DNA of 64,000 nucleotides from Auanema rhodensis (Eukaryota > Animalia > Nematoda): contig OZ059897.1 of NCBI GenBank assembly GCA_964057225.1, positions 7,254,001 through 7,318,000 of the forward strand. The letters run 5' to 3'. The position numbers and the translations under genes are program-made. Within the stretch, counting starts at the first letter, position 1. Each line of letters opens with the position of its first letter. The notes below the pieces were generated by a model. The model saw only the letters and a list, made by a program, of their open reading frames with translations, made no database searches and had not been told where the DNA came from. Positions 28,287-42,248 of this stretch are shown piece by piece.

Positions 28287-29844
28287 ATGGGATCACAATA
28301 TTCCCACCTGTCAACTCGTGATCCGGATGATTTCCTAGCGGGGTTAGTTCAAACTTGATAAGCTTGACCAAACATGCATTTTAACAATTGACCAAAAATA
28401 AAAAGGAAGACTTTGTCTGCAATTCTCTTAATAATTTGAACTTGATATATTCTTAGTGAGATTATTGCTTACTTTCAGGCATGCAACTAATGGTGCTTCA
28501 GGTTCACGAAATACAGGAATAAGACGGCCACCTGTGCATAGTGATTCAGTTGGTGCTCTTGTTGTAATTCGATCGGGACTTGCTATATCGGGTAGTAGAG
28601 ACAAAGTTGATTATTTTGTTGTTATACTTATAAATAGATCATTATTCAGACTATGGTTTTACATAATGTTGATAACGGTGATACTATTCAAAAATGGTAT
28701 GGGCATGAAGGCGAAGTCACAAAGGTTTGTTTTACTTTTCTAATTCTTCAAGTTATAATTACATTTATTTATTTTAATGTAACTATATTTTAGTTAGTTT
28801 ATGGAAATAAAGCTGCTGTTCATATTGTTTTGAGTGGTTCAAGAGATACAACTATTAAAGCTTGGAATTTCAAGTCTGAACAAGCACAACAAACTTATCG
28901 TGGGCATAGTATGGTTGTTTCAGGTTTATGCCATCTAGGAGGTAATCCATAATGCTTTCATGAAAAATAGAAATTACATTTGACAGATCATCAATTTATG
29001 TCCGGAAGTCGGGATTGTACAGTGCGTTTGTGGGATGTGAATAAGGAAAAGTCGGTAAATTCCTCTCAAATCAATAGGAATCTGGTAGAGCAATAGTACT
29101 ATCTACAATTTAAAAAAATTTTTTTAGGTTACTCATATGACATATCATGCTGGTCCAAATCTAGTTGCTCAATCTTCGGAGGATAAGGAATTGAAGTTTG
29201 TTTTTCTTGACCGGATCTTTACGATGCTTTGCTACAGACTTTGGGATCCCCGGACAATGACAGTATGTCATCGATTTCCGAAAAGAAACCACATCCAACT
29301 CCATTGTGAATGGACTCCAGATGGACATCAGGTTATAACCTCCAATAATGGATTTAATGGGGATGGTTGCGAAGTTTCAGTATGTTTTCGTGTTAATGAA
29401 TTGTCGAAATAATGCGTTTAGATTTGGGATTTAAGAGCGAAAAAACTTTTACGTGACTTAAAAGGTCATGAAGGTTCTGTTACATGTGTATCCTATATAT
29501 CTCAACAGAAGCTCCCTAATAAACGAATTATTTTAACTTGTTCATTAGATCGAACAGCAAGAATATGGAATATAGAAGAAGGAAGTAAGCATTTTACATT
29601 CCAGCAGTCAAATAAAACATAAATTAAGATTGTCTATGGGTCGAAGAAATGGGTACATCATGTGATTTACAGCAATGTGTAGCATTGGGTGATACATAGT
29701 AAGATTTTCAAATTATTTATAAAATATAAATATATAACTTTCAGCGCAGTGATTGCTGGAGGTAATGGACTACTTTGCAACATGAGAATTCAATATAAAG
29801 TGGGAAAACCATACTTGCAAACAATTTCTGTTCAGCGAAATTAA
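28287..29844 (+). CDS. wdr-31: WD40-repeat protein WDR31-like (ciliary), N-myristoylation-type start; exon1/2 junction uncertain
   Basis: MGSQYS start; SGSRDK, LSGSRDTTIKAWN, GHSMVVSG, SGSRDCTVRLWD, NRNLVTH, QSSEDKEL-LWD, TSNNGFNGDGCEVSIWD, GHEGSV. Confidence 0.82.
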
Positions 29845-30388
29845 GAAAAAAGCTAGTTATTCCGGTGAATTAAATAAATATAAATGTAAATAGTGATCTA
29901 TGCGTCAGCAATATCTGAAATGTGACTCCTCATCCGGAGTTGTTTGTTGCAAAAATCTTTCGCAACTTATTTGTTATCAGTTTATAGTCATATATTCTAT
30001 TGATAAACTTTATATTTTGAAAAAAATTACTTTGTATTTATTTTATTTGATGTTCATACCTATATCCATCCTATCGATGCATCGAGGCGCAACCGGTCAG
30101 CCCGCTCTAGAAAAAGGGAAATGATGCAGTTGCCGCACGGTGGAAAATATTTGAAAATTAATTATTTTAAATGTAATTAATTTTTTCATTAAATATAGAA
30201 TTTTATTGCTTCTGCTGTGCTCATTGTGCACAGCTTCTACGATTTACACGAAATTATCTTAGTGGGAATACGGTAAAACAAAGATATCTTCAGGAATTTT
30301 GTCGTCCTTACAAAAATGTTTAGCACAATGCTCTGATTCTGATTGATATCAGACGTTAATATTGTTCATGATTAAATGAGAAATTCTG

Positions 30389-31529
30389 ATGGAGCTATTA
30401 GATTATAAATATATAGATGATTTTCTACAGGATAACACAATTGTAGAAGGCTAGTTTATAAATTATTTTAACTAATATTTGTCCCCATTCAGGAATTAGT
30501 AATGCTTCTCTTATTTTTTTCACATTTTCGATAGCTGTTGTATTATGTGTAGTAATCAGCAAGTTAACAGAAGTGTATGCATAGTTTAACTTTTTATAAA
30601 ACTTTGTAAGATTTAGAGCTCCGCTGCTTGTTCATCCTGATGTGCAGGAGCACTTACAAAGCTTTCGAAGAACTAACGCACTCTTGTCCGACGAAGAAAT
30701 TCGACGGGTATTTCATGTTTTATTTATTATTTCTGGAAAAAAATTAATTTGAGAGAGTGGCTGAAGCTCAATCCCGTCAAGATGAAATCTGTGCTATATG
30801 TTTTGGCAATTTGCGTTTCACTGTATTAACGAATTGTGGGCATATGTTTTGTTGTAAGTTAGATCAATACATTTCCATGTGTAGCCACTTGTGTTAGGTG
30901 AATGTATAAATGGGTATTGGTCTTTTCAAGGAAATGTGATGCATATTATCAATTGTCCCATATGCAGAACCCCAGTAAGATTGAAATTTTTGAATTAAAA
31001 TATGAAATGCGTTCAGGTTTCATTGCTCTTACCTGTGAATTGGCCTACGGAACCCGATGAAACAACTGATTTAACCGAAAATACGGAGAGGCTTGATGGA
31101 TATAATAGAAGATTTTCCGGAAATCGCCCGGTAGCAGGAAAAGCGTTATGTTTAATTTTGTATTTCCGTTCAGTGGGCAGATTACGTGGCTGATCTTCCA
31201 GTTATAATTCCGTATATTCTACGTAATATTTTTGGTTTTCAAGGATTAATGATTATGTTCCGGTAGCATTCGAAAAATCACAAAGTTTGAATTTCCGTTT
31301 TAGATTACGTGTTCTCCTGATTGTAATGGTTATATGTGGTTATGTTCTTTCTCCCTTCGACATAATTCCAGAAGCAGTCTATGGAGCATTAGGTACGTGC
31401 ACAATAGAAACTTACAAGTTGCTTTTTACTTCAGGTTTAATGGATGATATATTCGTGGTCATACTTCTACTGGTTTACATCTCAATAGCTATTCGGCACT
31501 TCTTAGCACGACGAGGTGATTTCGACTGA
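30389..31529 (+). CDS. E3 ubiquitin ligase RNF170 (TM, C3HC4 RING, DUF1232-type TM tail); first intron GC-AG
   Basis: IVEG|ISN, CAICFG...TNCGHMFCCECINGYW...CPICRTPV, YNRRFSGNRP, YVLSPFDIIPEAVYGALGLMDD. Confidence 0.92.
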
Positions 31530-32010
31530 AACGTCCCATGGATCAACCTAGGACTTACCAATTTCGTCAGTTATTTTGCCATCTTGTCAACTAACTTATC
31601 ATTTAAGTTATTGTGAATACTGTGTATGAGAAATATATTTTGATGTAATCAATAAGAAATAATATTTGCTAAAATAATTTATTCGTTCATGATTTGTATA
31701 AATTCTTAACAAAATAATATTATTTTCTGATCAAAGGAGAGATGCTCTTATCTGTTAGATGCCTAATTATACGTTGCGGATAGCCAATTTCTCTTTCTTC
31801 TAAGAATTTTTTTCCGAAAAAAACTATGTAAATGAGTTATGTAAACTTAGATATCTATATATGTATATATGCATATTTAAGATATATATATATATTTATA
31901 TATAGAGAATATCAATTATATGAATATGCTTCTCAGTTTGAGATTGCCGGGAATGATCACAATCGGGATTCAGTGTGAGTAAATAGGAAGGAAAGAGTGA
32001 ATTTATTCGA

Positions 32011-33147
32011 TTACATAACCGAACAGCCCTTTTTCTTTCCATTTCTGCCCTCAGGATCTTCGGCAGTTAAAGCTAATTGCCTCTTTTTTTCCATCGATAG
32101 AAGTTGCTGGAACAGCTCGGTGATGTTATCGTTGTTCTTAGCTGAGGTCTCGATGAAGCCAGTGCCCCAATTTGCCGCCAATTTTTGGCCCAAAGCAGTT
32201 GATACTTCTCGCTTCTGTAAAATAAATTTGGTTGAAACAGAGAAAAACGAACAGAATTTGTTTTTAGTTTTCAATGTCTTAAAATCAAAGTGAAAGACTA
32301 GAAGTTAAAGAAAAGCAGATGAAAATTATTTCGACAGTAACAGAAATCAGCTGGGATTGTTGAGCCCTTTCTTGTCTTCAAGTTCAAAAAAGTTTCGATT
32401 TTACAAGCTTTACATCATGGACTATATATTCCTCTAGTTTTTCCTTTACAAACTGAAATTTCTGAATTTTTTTCTCGTTCTCTTTCATGACTAAACACAC
32501 ATGACAACCATCTCAAATGAAATGATAATTATAAATGACGTCATATGAATTGAAAAACGAATTGATAAACGTGGGAGAAAACCTAATTAAAACGAAAGTT
32601 GATATTAGCATACCGCCTCTTCATCTTTCTTATTTCCAACTAAGATGATGGGAACTTCAGCTATTGCTGCTCCTTTGACTTCCTTTAGCATTAATATGAT
32701 TGGTCCAAGTTCTTCAAGCGATTGCTTGCTAAAACGACCATAATTAATATGATTAAAGATTAATGTCATGGATCGGATGTGAACAAGAAATTGCTCGAAC
32801 CTTGTAATAGAGTAGATCAACATAAAGGCGTGTCCTTTACTGATGCTCAACCTCTGCATAGCTGGGAATTGATGACTTCCGGTTGTATCAGTGATTTGAA
32901 GTGTGCATACATTTTTTTGATTACAACTTATAACCTATAATATACATCATATGAGTACATAAGATGCTGGAAAAGCTTGATCTTAATAGAATACCTGACG
33001 ATATGTGTCTTCAATGGTTGGAATATAGCTTTCAGAAAAGGTTCCTTTGACAAATCGCTGCACTATTGATGATTTTCCAACACCGCCAGCGCCAAATACG
33101 GCTACCCGGTAGTCGGACGAGGAATTATCCCCTCCGCGGCCCTGCAT
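32011..33147 (-). CDS. drn-1: Di-Ras small GTPase
   Basis: [16 protein letters not shown]...[46 protein letters not shown], CaaX CSVM*. Confidence 0.93.
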
Positions 33148-33479
33148 GCACTATAACAAGATGGAAACAGGTAAGCTTTTGGGTAAGAATCAAGATAAAC
33201 ATGAACTTGAAATATAGAAAAACTTACTGAGCCGGACGTATTGGTTGTTTCAGTCTCAATACTGGCTGGCTTTGTTTCGCAGTCCTTATCTTCAAGGAAG
33301 TTCTTGCCACTTCAAAGAAGCTGAAATAGAATAAAAAACATAAATATCAATGAAGCTAAGATGAAATAAGATAGACTGCATGAACTTCAACATATAGTTA
33401 TCCTAAACAAACATGTAGGATTGTTATTTGAGAAGATTTTCCATCTACGAAAAAGAAAAAAAAAGGATGAAATGAAAGG

Positions 33480-33620
33480 GGAGAGAGAGATTGAAGAAGA
33501 TGTGGGGGGGGGGGAGTGGAGAAAGAATAAATGAGGGAAATATATATATCAATGTATATTCATACATATATACATAGAAAGAAAAAGAGAGAGAGAGAGA
33601 GAGGGGGGGGGAGAGAGAAA
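33480..33620. repeat. Low-complexity (GA)n / poly-G / (TA)n tracts upstream of the Di-Ras CDS
   Basis: Visible gagagaga and gggggggggggg runs. Confidence 0.8.
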
Positions 33621-34084
33621 GCAAAAGTAAGACTAGAATGCTGAGAGTACGGGATTAGAAAAGCATCAATCTATAGTGTACATAGGTATAGTTATGAAAA
33701 GGCAATTAGATTCACAAAACGAACATAGATTGATATAATGGTTATACTTTCATTCAGGAAAATTTGAAATATACGGATAAATGTTGTGCAAAATCATTGT
33801 CACATCTAAATAGCGGTAAAGCATGAAAAGGAGGATTATGAAGTAACATAGTGAGAGCTAGATGTCTCCCGGCGGCCTCCTCATTTGTCGTAGTTTTCCT
33901 CTTCCTTTCCTTTCTTTTCTTCACTTCTGCTCTTGTTCACTATAGCTTTTAATGCTACTTTCAGATATTAAGTTTGATCTTTTTCACCTTCACTTGTTCT
34001 CTTATATCATATCTCCTTTTCATCTGCTACGCTCGATTAATGAGCTAAATATAAGCTAAGCAAAAGTAGACAGATGAAGGAAGA

Positions 34085-34116
34085 TGAAGAAGAAGAAGAA
34101 GAAGAAGAAGAAGAAG
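34085..34116 (+). repeat. (AAG)n microsatellite
   Basis: About 10 AAG units; explains the spurious poly-K/poly-L ORFs. Confidence 0.9.
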
Positions 34117-35340
34117 CAAAAAATGAAGAATGAGAAGGAGATTCGAGGATATAGAAGCCCTGTTGTCTGGCCATGGATAGACTGCCATGGCTTCAGCAAC
34201 AGCGAATGTCGTGAAGGAGGACAACATATTCATTATTCAACGAAAACCTACACCACAGTCGCGTACTGAAAAATAGAATTCAGAAGTTTCAAAAAATGAA
34301 ATATTTTGAGGAGAAACGGGAGGAAGTAACCTTGAAGTAACTGTAAATAACAAGATAATCACCCCAACTTCAAGATATCACATCCTTTTTTTTATAGAAA
34401 TTTGATCATTTGCCTTTAATATATGAAAAATTGTGGCATTTTTCATTTATGTAAGCTTTTAAGTAGTCATTTAGTAAGGAAATCGATATGTAAGCCACCT
34501 TTGAAAGATTTTTTCTGTGTCACAGCTTAAATCGTCTACAAATGTTTTCAAAGGATTCTCTGGAAATGTTTTAGCATTCATTCGACATTAAGGGCTGAAA
34601 ATTTGACATAATGAATTCACCTGAAGCTCACGCAATCACTTTAAATTGTAAAAAAAATCAACAATATTTTGGTTTTAACTCTTTAAAAATAACTTTAGTA
34701 CTGAATCAGAGGTTTGAAGCTTTTTTAAAGAAACAAAAAACAATTTATATTCATTTAAATTATGAATTTTCTCAAAATTAGACTTTCTTATAATGTTGGA
34801 CGACTGTCATGAACGAGCTATTCGAGACAAAACTCGAATTAAATCAATCGGAAAACATGGATATTTGGACAAAAAGGACATATCTTAACACCTTTTTAGA
34901 TTAATCAAATGAAACTACCATATCAGAATTGAAAAAACAAGAAAACTGAGTACTAACTAGTATTTGCTATAAAAGAAAGGGTGGGGAGGGAAGAGAAAGA
35001 CCAAAATCAATACTTGCCTGGCACCATGCCAACTTCAAATGCGCTCAGAATGGCAGCCATGGAACAAACATAACTGAGAACGAGCAGAATATTGTTTCGG
35101 TTCATTTTTGCTTTCCACTAATTATTAGAATAGTTTATCGTTATGGTGCTAAATGCGGTAATTATGCGTTTAGCGTAAACCTATTCCGCCAAAGTTGTGT
35201 ATGATCTTCTTTAAGGTTATTTGTACCAAAACGTTTTGATAAAATAAGTGAAGCTTGAGTATGTAAGGAATGTATTAAAGATTATCCAATAATCAGTGCA
35301 TGTTTAAGTCCTAAGAAATATGCAAATTACCTCTTCCGTG

Positions 35341-35413
35341 GCCTCGTTAGCTCAGCTGGTAGAGCGTTAGACTTTTAATCTAACGGTCAGGGGTTCGAGC
35401 CCCCTACGGGGCT
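35341..35413 (+). tRNA. tRNA-Lys (anticodon TTT)
   Basis: 73 nt cloverleaf: acceptor GCCTCGT/ACGGGGC, D-arm TAGCTCAGCTGGTAGAGC, anticodon arm TTAGA-CTTTTAA-TCTAA, T-arm GGTTCGAGCC; T-run just downstream. Confidence 0.97.
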
Positions 35414-37262
35414 AATCTTTTACCGTTAAACAGTATACAATAGCAAATAGTGTTGCGGTTTTTGATTCAAAATTTGCTTTATTTTTCAATTTTAGTAATA
35501 CAAATTTTAAAAGATGAAAGATATTTTCAAAAAATCGAACGGTATTCAACATTATTAAATCAGTTGTTTTTTAATGTTGTCGTTTCATTGAAAAGTATTT
35601 AAACAAAGACATTGTAATCTTATTTTTGCTTTTTGTAACTTCATTGAAGTTCTTTCCTGTTTTCTCTTTAGAATCCTTACATGGCTTTGTGTGTATGTGC
35701 TGTTAAAACTTTACTATTTCATATATCTTATGATATTATATTTCAATATATACTTTAATCCGTAGATTGCTCTTGTAAGTTTCTCTGACTTAAAGAGAAG
35801 AGAGAAAATACACTTCTCAATTATTGGAAATCTCCAGAAGCATATGTTAGAGAAGCAACCGCTCTTTATTATCTGAAACTGAAAAATGAATTTTCGAGTA
35901 TTGCTGCCCACCCTCTATTTCGTAAATAACATTGCGAGCCATGTGAAGCTCGTAAAAATTGAGGAATAAACATTAACCTATCAAAATTGTCTGTAACTTT
36001 AGTCTATAAGGAAAATCAATATTTTTATCTTTGATCATATTATTTCAGTAGGATGAGAAAGATAAGTTCCAGCTATTTCCTCCCGCTTGTGGAGTCTTAG
36101 CAACCATGTTCACTTCTCATTCTGATAAATATTGTAGCACTTGAGTTTGCGGTTCGTTCTAGTTCCGTATCAGAAAAGATGATTCGAACCTATTTCTTGG
36201 GTGGATTTCAATTCATAACTTCAAAGTTTTAGGATTTGTGAAGTTTGTAGCAAAAAATACATTTCTCAAGATGAGTTTCATATGAACGACACAGCTAGTT
36301 TTAAAAAAAGAAGCCTAGCTTCGTCATATGAAGTGTTCATCCAATGTGCTGTATCAGAAACAATAAATAGATAGGAGTTACCATTGATAGGATTGTCAAT
36401 TGGCCGAAACAAAAGTAAATGTGAAAAACAGTTTGTTATGATCATTCAAATTACCAAAGTTGTCGTATGTAATTGATTTGGTAGTATAGTATTTAGTATT
36501 CGCGTCCATCATACTTGACTCTAATACGCACAAACCAACGCATATAATAGAAATTATGGTACGTCATATCGATACGAAGGAATGGATAGACATACTTCTA
36601 AGTTATCTAAGTAAATATTGTAACTATAAACGATTTTAGCAGAAGTTCTAGTTTTAGCAGTATGCTAAGCATATGGATGATCACTGTTTCTGATTTTTCC
36701 CTCCCCTCCTCCACCGCAGATATACAAAGATTCTAACAACGTCACTTACGTCAATCTTTGTAGTCCTTCGATAGTTCCGTGATAATTGAGATCAGTGATA
36801 GATAGGTGGAATCCCACCACAATAGCAATTGAATAAGGTAGTGCATATGAATCAAATAGCACTTTTCGATTATAGTTATATCAATATCAAAGTCGGACTT
36901 GGTAATAACAGTTTATCTAGCTCATATACAGAACACAAGTATCAGAAACCGTTCCCTACCGTCATCGAATTATATCCCGTTCCTATTTACATCTTCGATA
37001 CTGCCCGCCTCCTTCCTTGTCTAATCTTATCTGCCAAAACTACACATCTGTTTCGTTTCCTGTTACCAAAGTTGAACATCAGTTTCGTTTTTGGTTACAT
37101 TTCTCTTTTCCTCTCGTTTGTCCACGACATGCAGCCTTATCATCGGAATCCGTAAGCTCAATTAATTTTAATTCAATTATTCAATGGCATGTTTCATTAT
37201 CTCTATTCTCAATATGAACAAAAGAACTTTTTCATTCTCAAAATAATTTACTCTATTTCATT

Positions 37263-37912
37263 CTAATGTTTTTTGGGAACTTGACAAGCAAAGTCAGTTT
37301 CATAACTACCATCAGCACTAAGCCATCTTCCAGTATCAAATCCACGAGCCCACATAAGAACACCCGTAGCATTACTTATTTTGCCTAAAAATATTTTTTA
37401 ATCGGAGATTCTGTGAAAAACAAATTTCAGTACAGTACCTGGCATGAAATTATTATAAGATTTGGTAGTTAACTGAGTTCCATCGTCATATTTGCAAGAT
37501 GTAATCACAGTTCCAGTACATGAAATTCCGATCCACATATAATTGGTCGCATCTTCAGAACGTGTAGTGGTAATAAAAGAATTTGCCTAGAATTAGAGTA
37601 ATTTTTAAATTTTATAACTTGGAAAATTATACGAAAGCATTCTTGGGCATAGCAAGAGTTCCACCAATGCCTTTGCACCATGCAGACGCTTTGTCTTTGC
37701 TTAAAACGCGTTCATCAAACTTAAATTAACCTTATTATATAAACAAAAGATAAGAGATGATATATAGAACCTGATAACAAAAAGAATCGTTGCCATCGAT
37801 AAAGCCTATAGGACATGAATTTGCTGAAAAGAGATTGGAAATTAAGAAACAAAAGCTAAGAAAAACACTAACTGTACAGGAACAATGCTGAAAGAAGTAA
37901 GAATATCCGCAT
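37263..37912 (-). CDS. Small secreted C-type lectin-like protein (single CTLD), 5 exons
   Basis: Signal MRIFLLLSALFLY; CPIGF...FCYQ; ASAWCKGIGGTLA; MWIGISC; YNNFMPG; GRWLS...FACQ. Confidence 0.82.
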
Positions 37913-38507
37913 GATTTAAGCTTAACCTATAATGATATTTCTAAAAGTTTTTGTTTTAACACTTGATAAGAAATATCTCCCGATAACATATATGGTAAAA
38001 CATATGACAAAGATATAAAATTATTAGAGATGGCTACATTTTAACTACAAAGTTCGATAACAATGTGAACGTTAGTTGAGCCAGAAGAAAAGAAAAAACA
38101 TTATTAACATATTGAAGAGTAAAATTCCTTAATTGTTTGAAAGTATTGCTATAAGAAAGAAATTATGGGGCAGGAAGCAGGAACCAACTATACGTGAGGC
38201 TTATCTATTAGATATGATGGTGAAGAAAATAGAAAAAAAAAGAAAGCCAGGAACAGTTTGACTTTTGAATGAATGATAGAGCGACAATTGCGTAGCTTTA
38301 TCTACTCAAATGACATCAGAAGTCATCATCTTCCCTTGTAGTTTGGACTAAATAATTATGTTGTAAAATGATTACTTTTTGAATTGAATAATGAGAGAGA
38401 TAGACGACTATTTATATGTGTTATCTCTTAAAATAACTATGTCGAGAAGCATATATAATGGCAATTTTTAAAAGATTATCATATTGCGTCTCATTTTGTG
38501 TGAAACG

Positions 38508-39520
38508 ATGCAACTTCTAGTACTTGCTCTCTTAGTTATTAGCACTGTTGCAGCGGTATTATTGAAACTTCAAACATTACCATATTCAGAAGATTTCAGA
38601 CTCTTGTGCCAGCAATTGATTTTGTACAGCCAGTAACTACTACACAAGTACAATGTTTGAAAGATAATCAAATTTCAGTAATTTTAGTAAGGTACTAATA
38701 TCAAAATAATAAAGAGAAAAGTATTTCAACATATATTAAGAGCTTATACATCAATGGGTGGAGGAACGTTTGACTACAATTACTGTAATACCTTCAAATT
38801 AGCTCAATCATGTAAGATTTATACATTAGAGAGGAACAACCGCTTCATTTTGTCTCAAAACAAAAAATGATAATTTGAATATCGCGCTTTATCTTGTAGA
38901 TGGCATCGGGGTACAGTATTACATGGAACCCTCAGCAACTGGAGGAAAAACCGGAACTCAACAGTTTAATGATTTAATGAATGGTTTGGCTCTTTTCAAT
39001 TGTAATGCAGCAAGAGGTCCTGTAGGGCCGATTATCTATCTCCAGGTATACAGTTCATGATAAATCATGAAATTCTAAAAAGGTTGTAGGTTACCTCACC
39101 ACTCAATTGGAATCGAAGCGCCGATCAGAATAAAAAAATCATACAAGATATCGTGAAAGCATCTGAAGCAAAGGTAAGCTACTGGAGTTTTATCGCCAAT
39201 TTTCAGTTCTATCTTTTAGGGAATTGCTGTTGGAATATACACGGATGCGGACGACTGGAACATCATTACTAACAATGCTAATCATACTGAGTTCATGTCT
39301 CATAATCACGTACGGCCATTATGGTATCTGAATGGGTTAATTCAACAAAATATTCGATTTCTGCAGGTTGAAGAAAGATGCTTCGAATGATGGACAAGGC
39401 GCTAAAAACTTCAAACCTTTTGGAGGATGGATAGCTCCATATATTTATGTGACACAAAATTCTGAAAAACAGCTGATATGTGGAATTGAGTGTAACAAAG
39501 ACACTTTTACAACTTTATAA
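38508..39520 (+). CDS. Protist-type (GH25-like, lys-family) lysozyme, 7 exons
   Basis: Signal peptide; AIDFVQPV...QCLK...VRAY...GGGTFD; KTGTQQF; YLQVTSPLNW; VGIYT...W; FKPFGGW; ICG...NKD. QVTSP replaces the DxE motif, as in the lys-1/lys-8 class. Confidence 0.88.
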
Positions 39521-40162
39521 TGAACACAAAACAGTTCATACATACTGGTTCATAACGCATGAATTTGAAACATTTTTAATAATTTTATTTGATCAATAAA
39601 ATGAATGATGAACAGGAACTAACACATGATAACTCTTTTATTATATATCAAGAGCAATTATATATTTGAAGTTTATCATAGAAACAAACACCGACTATTT
39701 CATAACTCTATTTAAGTATTTCTATTGATATTAAGTATTTTCATCTAAAAGCATGATGCCTTTGATTTCGATATCTATCTAAGTACGTAATTATGAAAGA
39801 TAGTTCGTATATAGTAGAACCTATAAGATCTGTAATTTAAGCTACGCCGATTGTATACGTTTTCTCTGTTCGGAAATCAATTTGATTAAGAATAACAGAA
39901 AAGTTCTACTATCTAAATCAATATATTTGTGTAAGAATTGCCACAGCAAAGCTAAGAAGTAACATGTACGGACTATCTAAATTACTCCAAACTCGGGCAC
40001 GTGAAAATGAAAATGTATACGTGAATCTGGTAAAATCTTTCATTAAAATTTTAAATGTTGTATATATGTAACTTTTTCTTCATTTTTGAATTTATGAATG
40101 ATTGTTTCCTTATATTATACTTAATTTTCCAGTGAATAAGGTCTATTAGCACATACAGAGTA

Positions 40163-42021
40163 ATGGCATCAGTTTCCGTAAATCAGTTTTATACAACATC
40201 AGAAGTTTTGCCTGAAGGAAGTTTATCTCATGAAACGAGTAGCGATCCAATTTTAGAGGTTTCGTTGTACTAATATATTTAAGGTTAAGTTTCCGGTTTT
40301 AGGGACTTAGCAAATCAGATATTCTTTTATTTTTTGATGTTAATGGAACTGTGTCCTGGATACAAAGCCATTCTTTGAAAAGGATTGCTCTTCAATTCCC
40401 AGACCAATTTGTTCCTTATTCCAACTACATTTCTCGAACATTAGAAGAGAAATCAGGAGCTAAAACTTTCATTTTAGCTGATACCTCTTATAGAAGGTAC
40501 AACTTAGAGTTTATTTTGCTTTTACGTATCAATCTTAGTTGTTGTGTTGATGAAGTTGCTGCTGCTCATGCTAGTTGTGATGGTATTATTCATTATGGGG
40601 ATGCCTGTTTGAGTAATCCAGCTAAGGAAAAAATTAAAATCAGGTAAAATAATACATTTATATCTGACTCAGGAAATTGGATAATATTCTAGGTATGTAC
40701 TCGGTCATATTTCAGTTGACGATGAGTTAATATATTCTAATGTCGCAGAGCATATAAAAGGGAGCCAGGGAACTTATATTCTTGTAGCGAATTCTCCTTT
40801 TGATCATTGCTTACGTATGATTTGACAAATCTACTTCTGATAGCATTGTATTTCAGAAGAATTATCTTCTCGTTTGAAGAAAGAACAAAAGGATATAAAC
40901 CTATTGACTGTTCGAAATGTTGTTCCTGACGAAGATGGTGATGTAACTGAAGATTTTGTAAGTACCTCTCTTTTTTTTTGGTTTGATTATGCATTTTAAT
41001 TAGGTTAAGTCTTTGGGTCGTAAAATACCCAAATCAGCATTGGAACTGGAAGAGTGTACTGTTATTTTCATCGGTTCAAGTTCCAGCCCTTTATTAACGC
41101 TTTGGCTTTTGACATATCCACAATGCACTTCTGTCATTATATATGATCCTGTATTGAAGACTATCGAAACTCAAGTGTTTGTTTTTGAATTGAAAATTCA
41201 TAAAATAATTTTTAATTTTAGTCCCCAATCACTTAGACAATTACGTAAACGATTGTTTTTGGTTGAGAAGTTAAAAGATGCCAATACTGTTGGGTTGGTT
41301 GTAGGCTCTGTAAATGTAGGAGGACATAAGCATGTTTAATTGATTTTATTAATTATTAAATATATGTATCTAGAGAAGCTGTGGAAAGGGTTCGAAATCT
41401 GTGTAAAGTAGCAGGAAAAAAAGTTTATGTTATATCAGTCGGAAAGGTATTTGATCGGTTTTTCTTTTCACATCTAAATGAATTTTACAGATTAATGTGC
41501 CTAAATTATCAAATTTCACTTCGGATATAGATGTTTTCATATTGTTGTCTTGTCCTTTTGGAGTGATGTTAGATTGCTCAGATTATTTCCGCCCTGTTCT
41601 TTCGCTATTTGAAGCAGAAGTTGCTCTAAACTCGAATAGTTCTTGGTTTGCGGGAAAAGGATGGACAGCCGATTTTTCCCAATTCCTAAAAAGTATATTA
41701 CTATTACAATTAATTTTCTATTTTTTTTTCAAAAGATGACATCGGGGAAAGAGATCCCGATGAAGCAGATGTTAGTTTACTCACAGGAACAATTAGGAAT
41801 ACTGGAATAGTTCCAGATGCAACTACCGGAGAAGTAGCTTTATACTCTGCAGGTACATTCCTATTTCCCAAAAAATATTATCAAGAAATGTTGCAGGTGA
41901 ATACTTCAAACAACGAACATGGAAAGGATTAGATGATAGCGTTAGAGTTAATGAATCAACTGAAATGTCTATTGGTAGAACTGGCATCGCCGCTTCATAT
42001 CAAAATGAGCCAGAAAAATAA
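40163..42021 (+). CDS. dph-2: Diphthamide biosynthesis protein 2 (DPH2); includes one GC-AG intron
   Basis: RIALQFPD, FILADTSYRSCCVDEVAAAH, IIHYGDACLS, VGKINVPKLSNF, FILLSCP, YFKQRTWKGL, GRTGIAASYQNE. Confidence 0.93.
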
Positions 42022-42248
42022 AACCTAGAAAGAGGATATATTAATAAAATTTTATTTTTACTTATAAAACTGACTTGTAGAATTCGTTTTTCAAGAACCA
42101 TAGCAGCCTCTGCTAAAAAATTCATATGTGGGGTCATTAACCGACTATCTTGATTGCTGATGCTACAGCCATTACTTATATCTAATGGTTATGTTACCTC
42201 AGCTATTACATGTGAAGCTATAACTAACGATAAAGTTGTTAAACTAAA

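Noticed and set aside
34045-34269. Poly-Lys / poly-Leu ORFs
   Set aside because: Translations of an (AAG)n microsatellite
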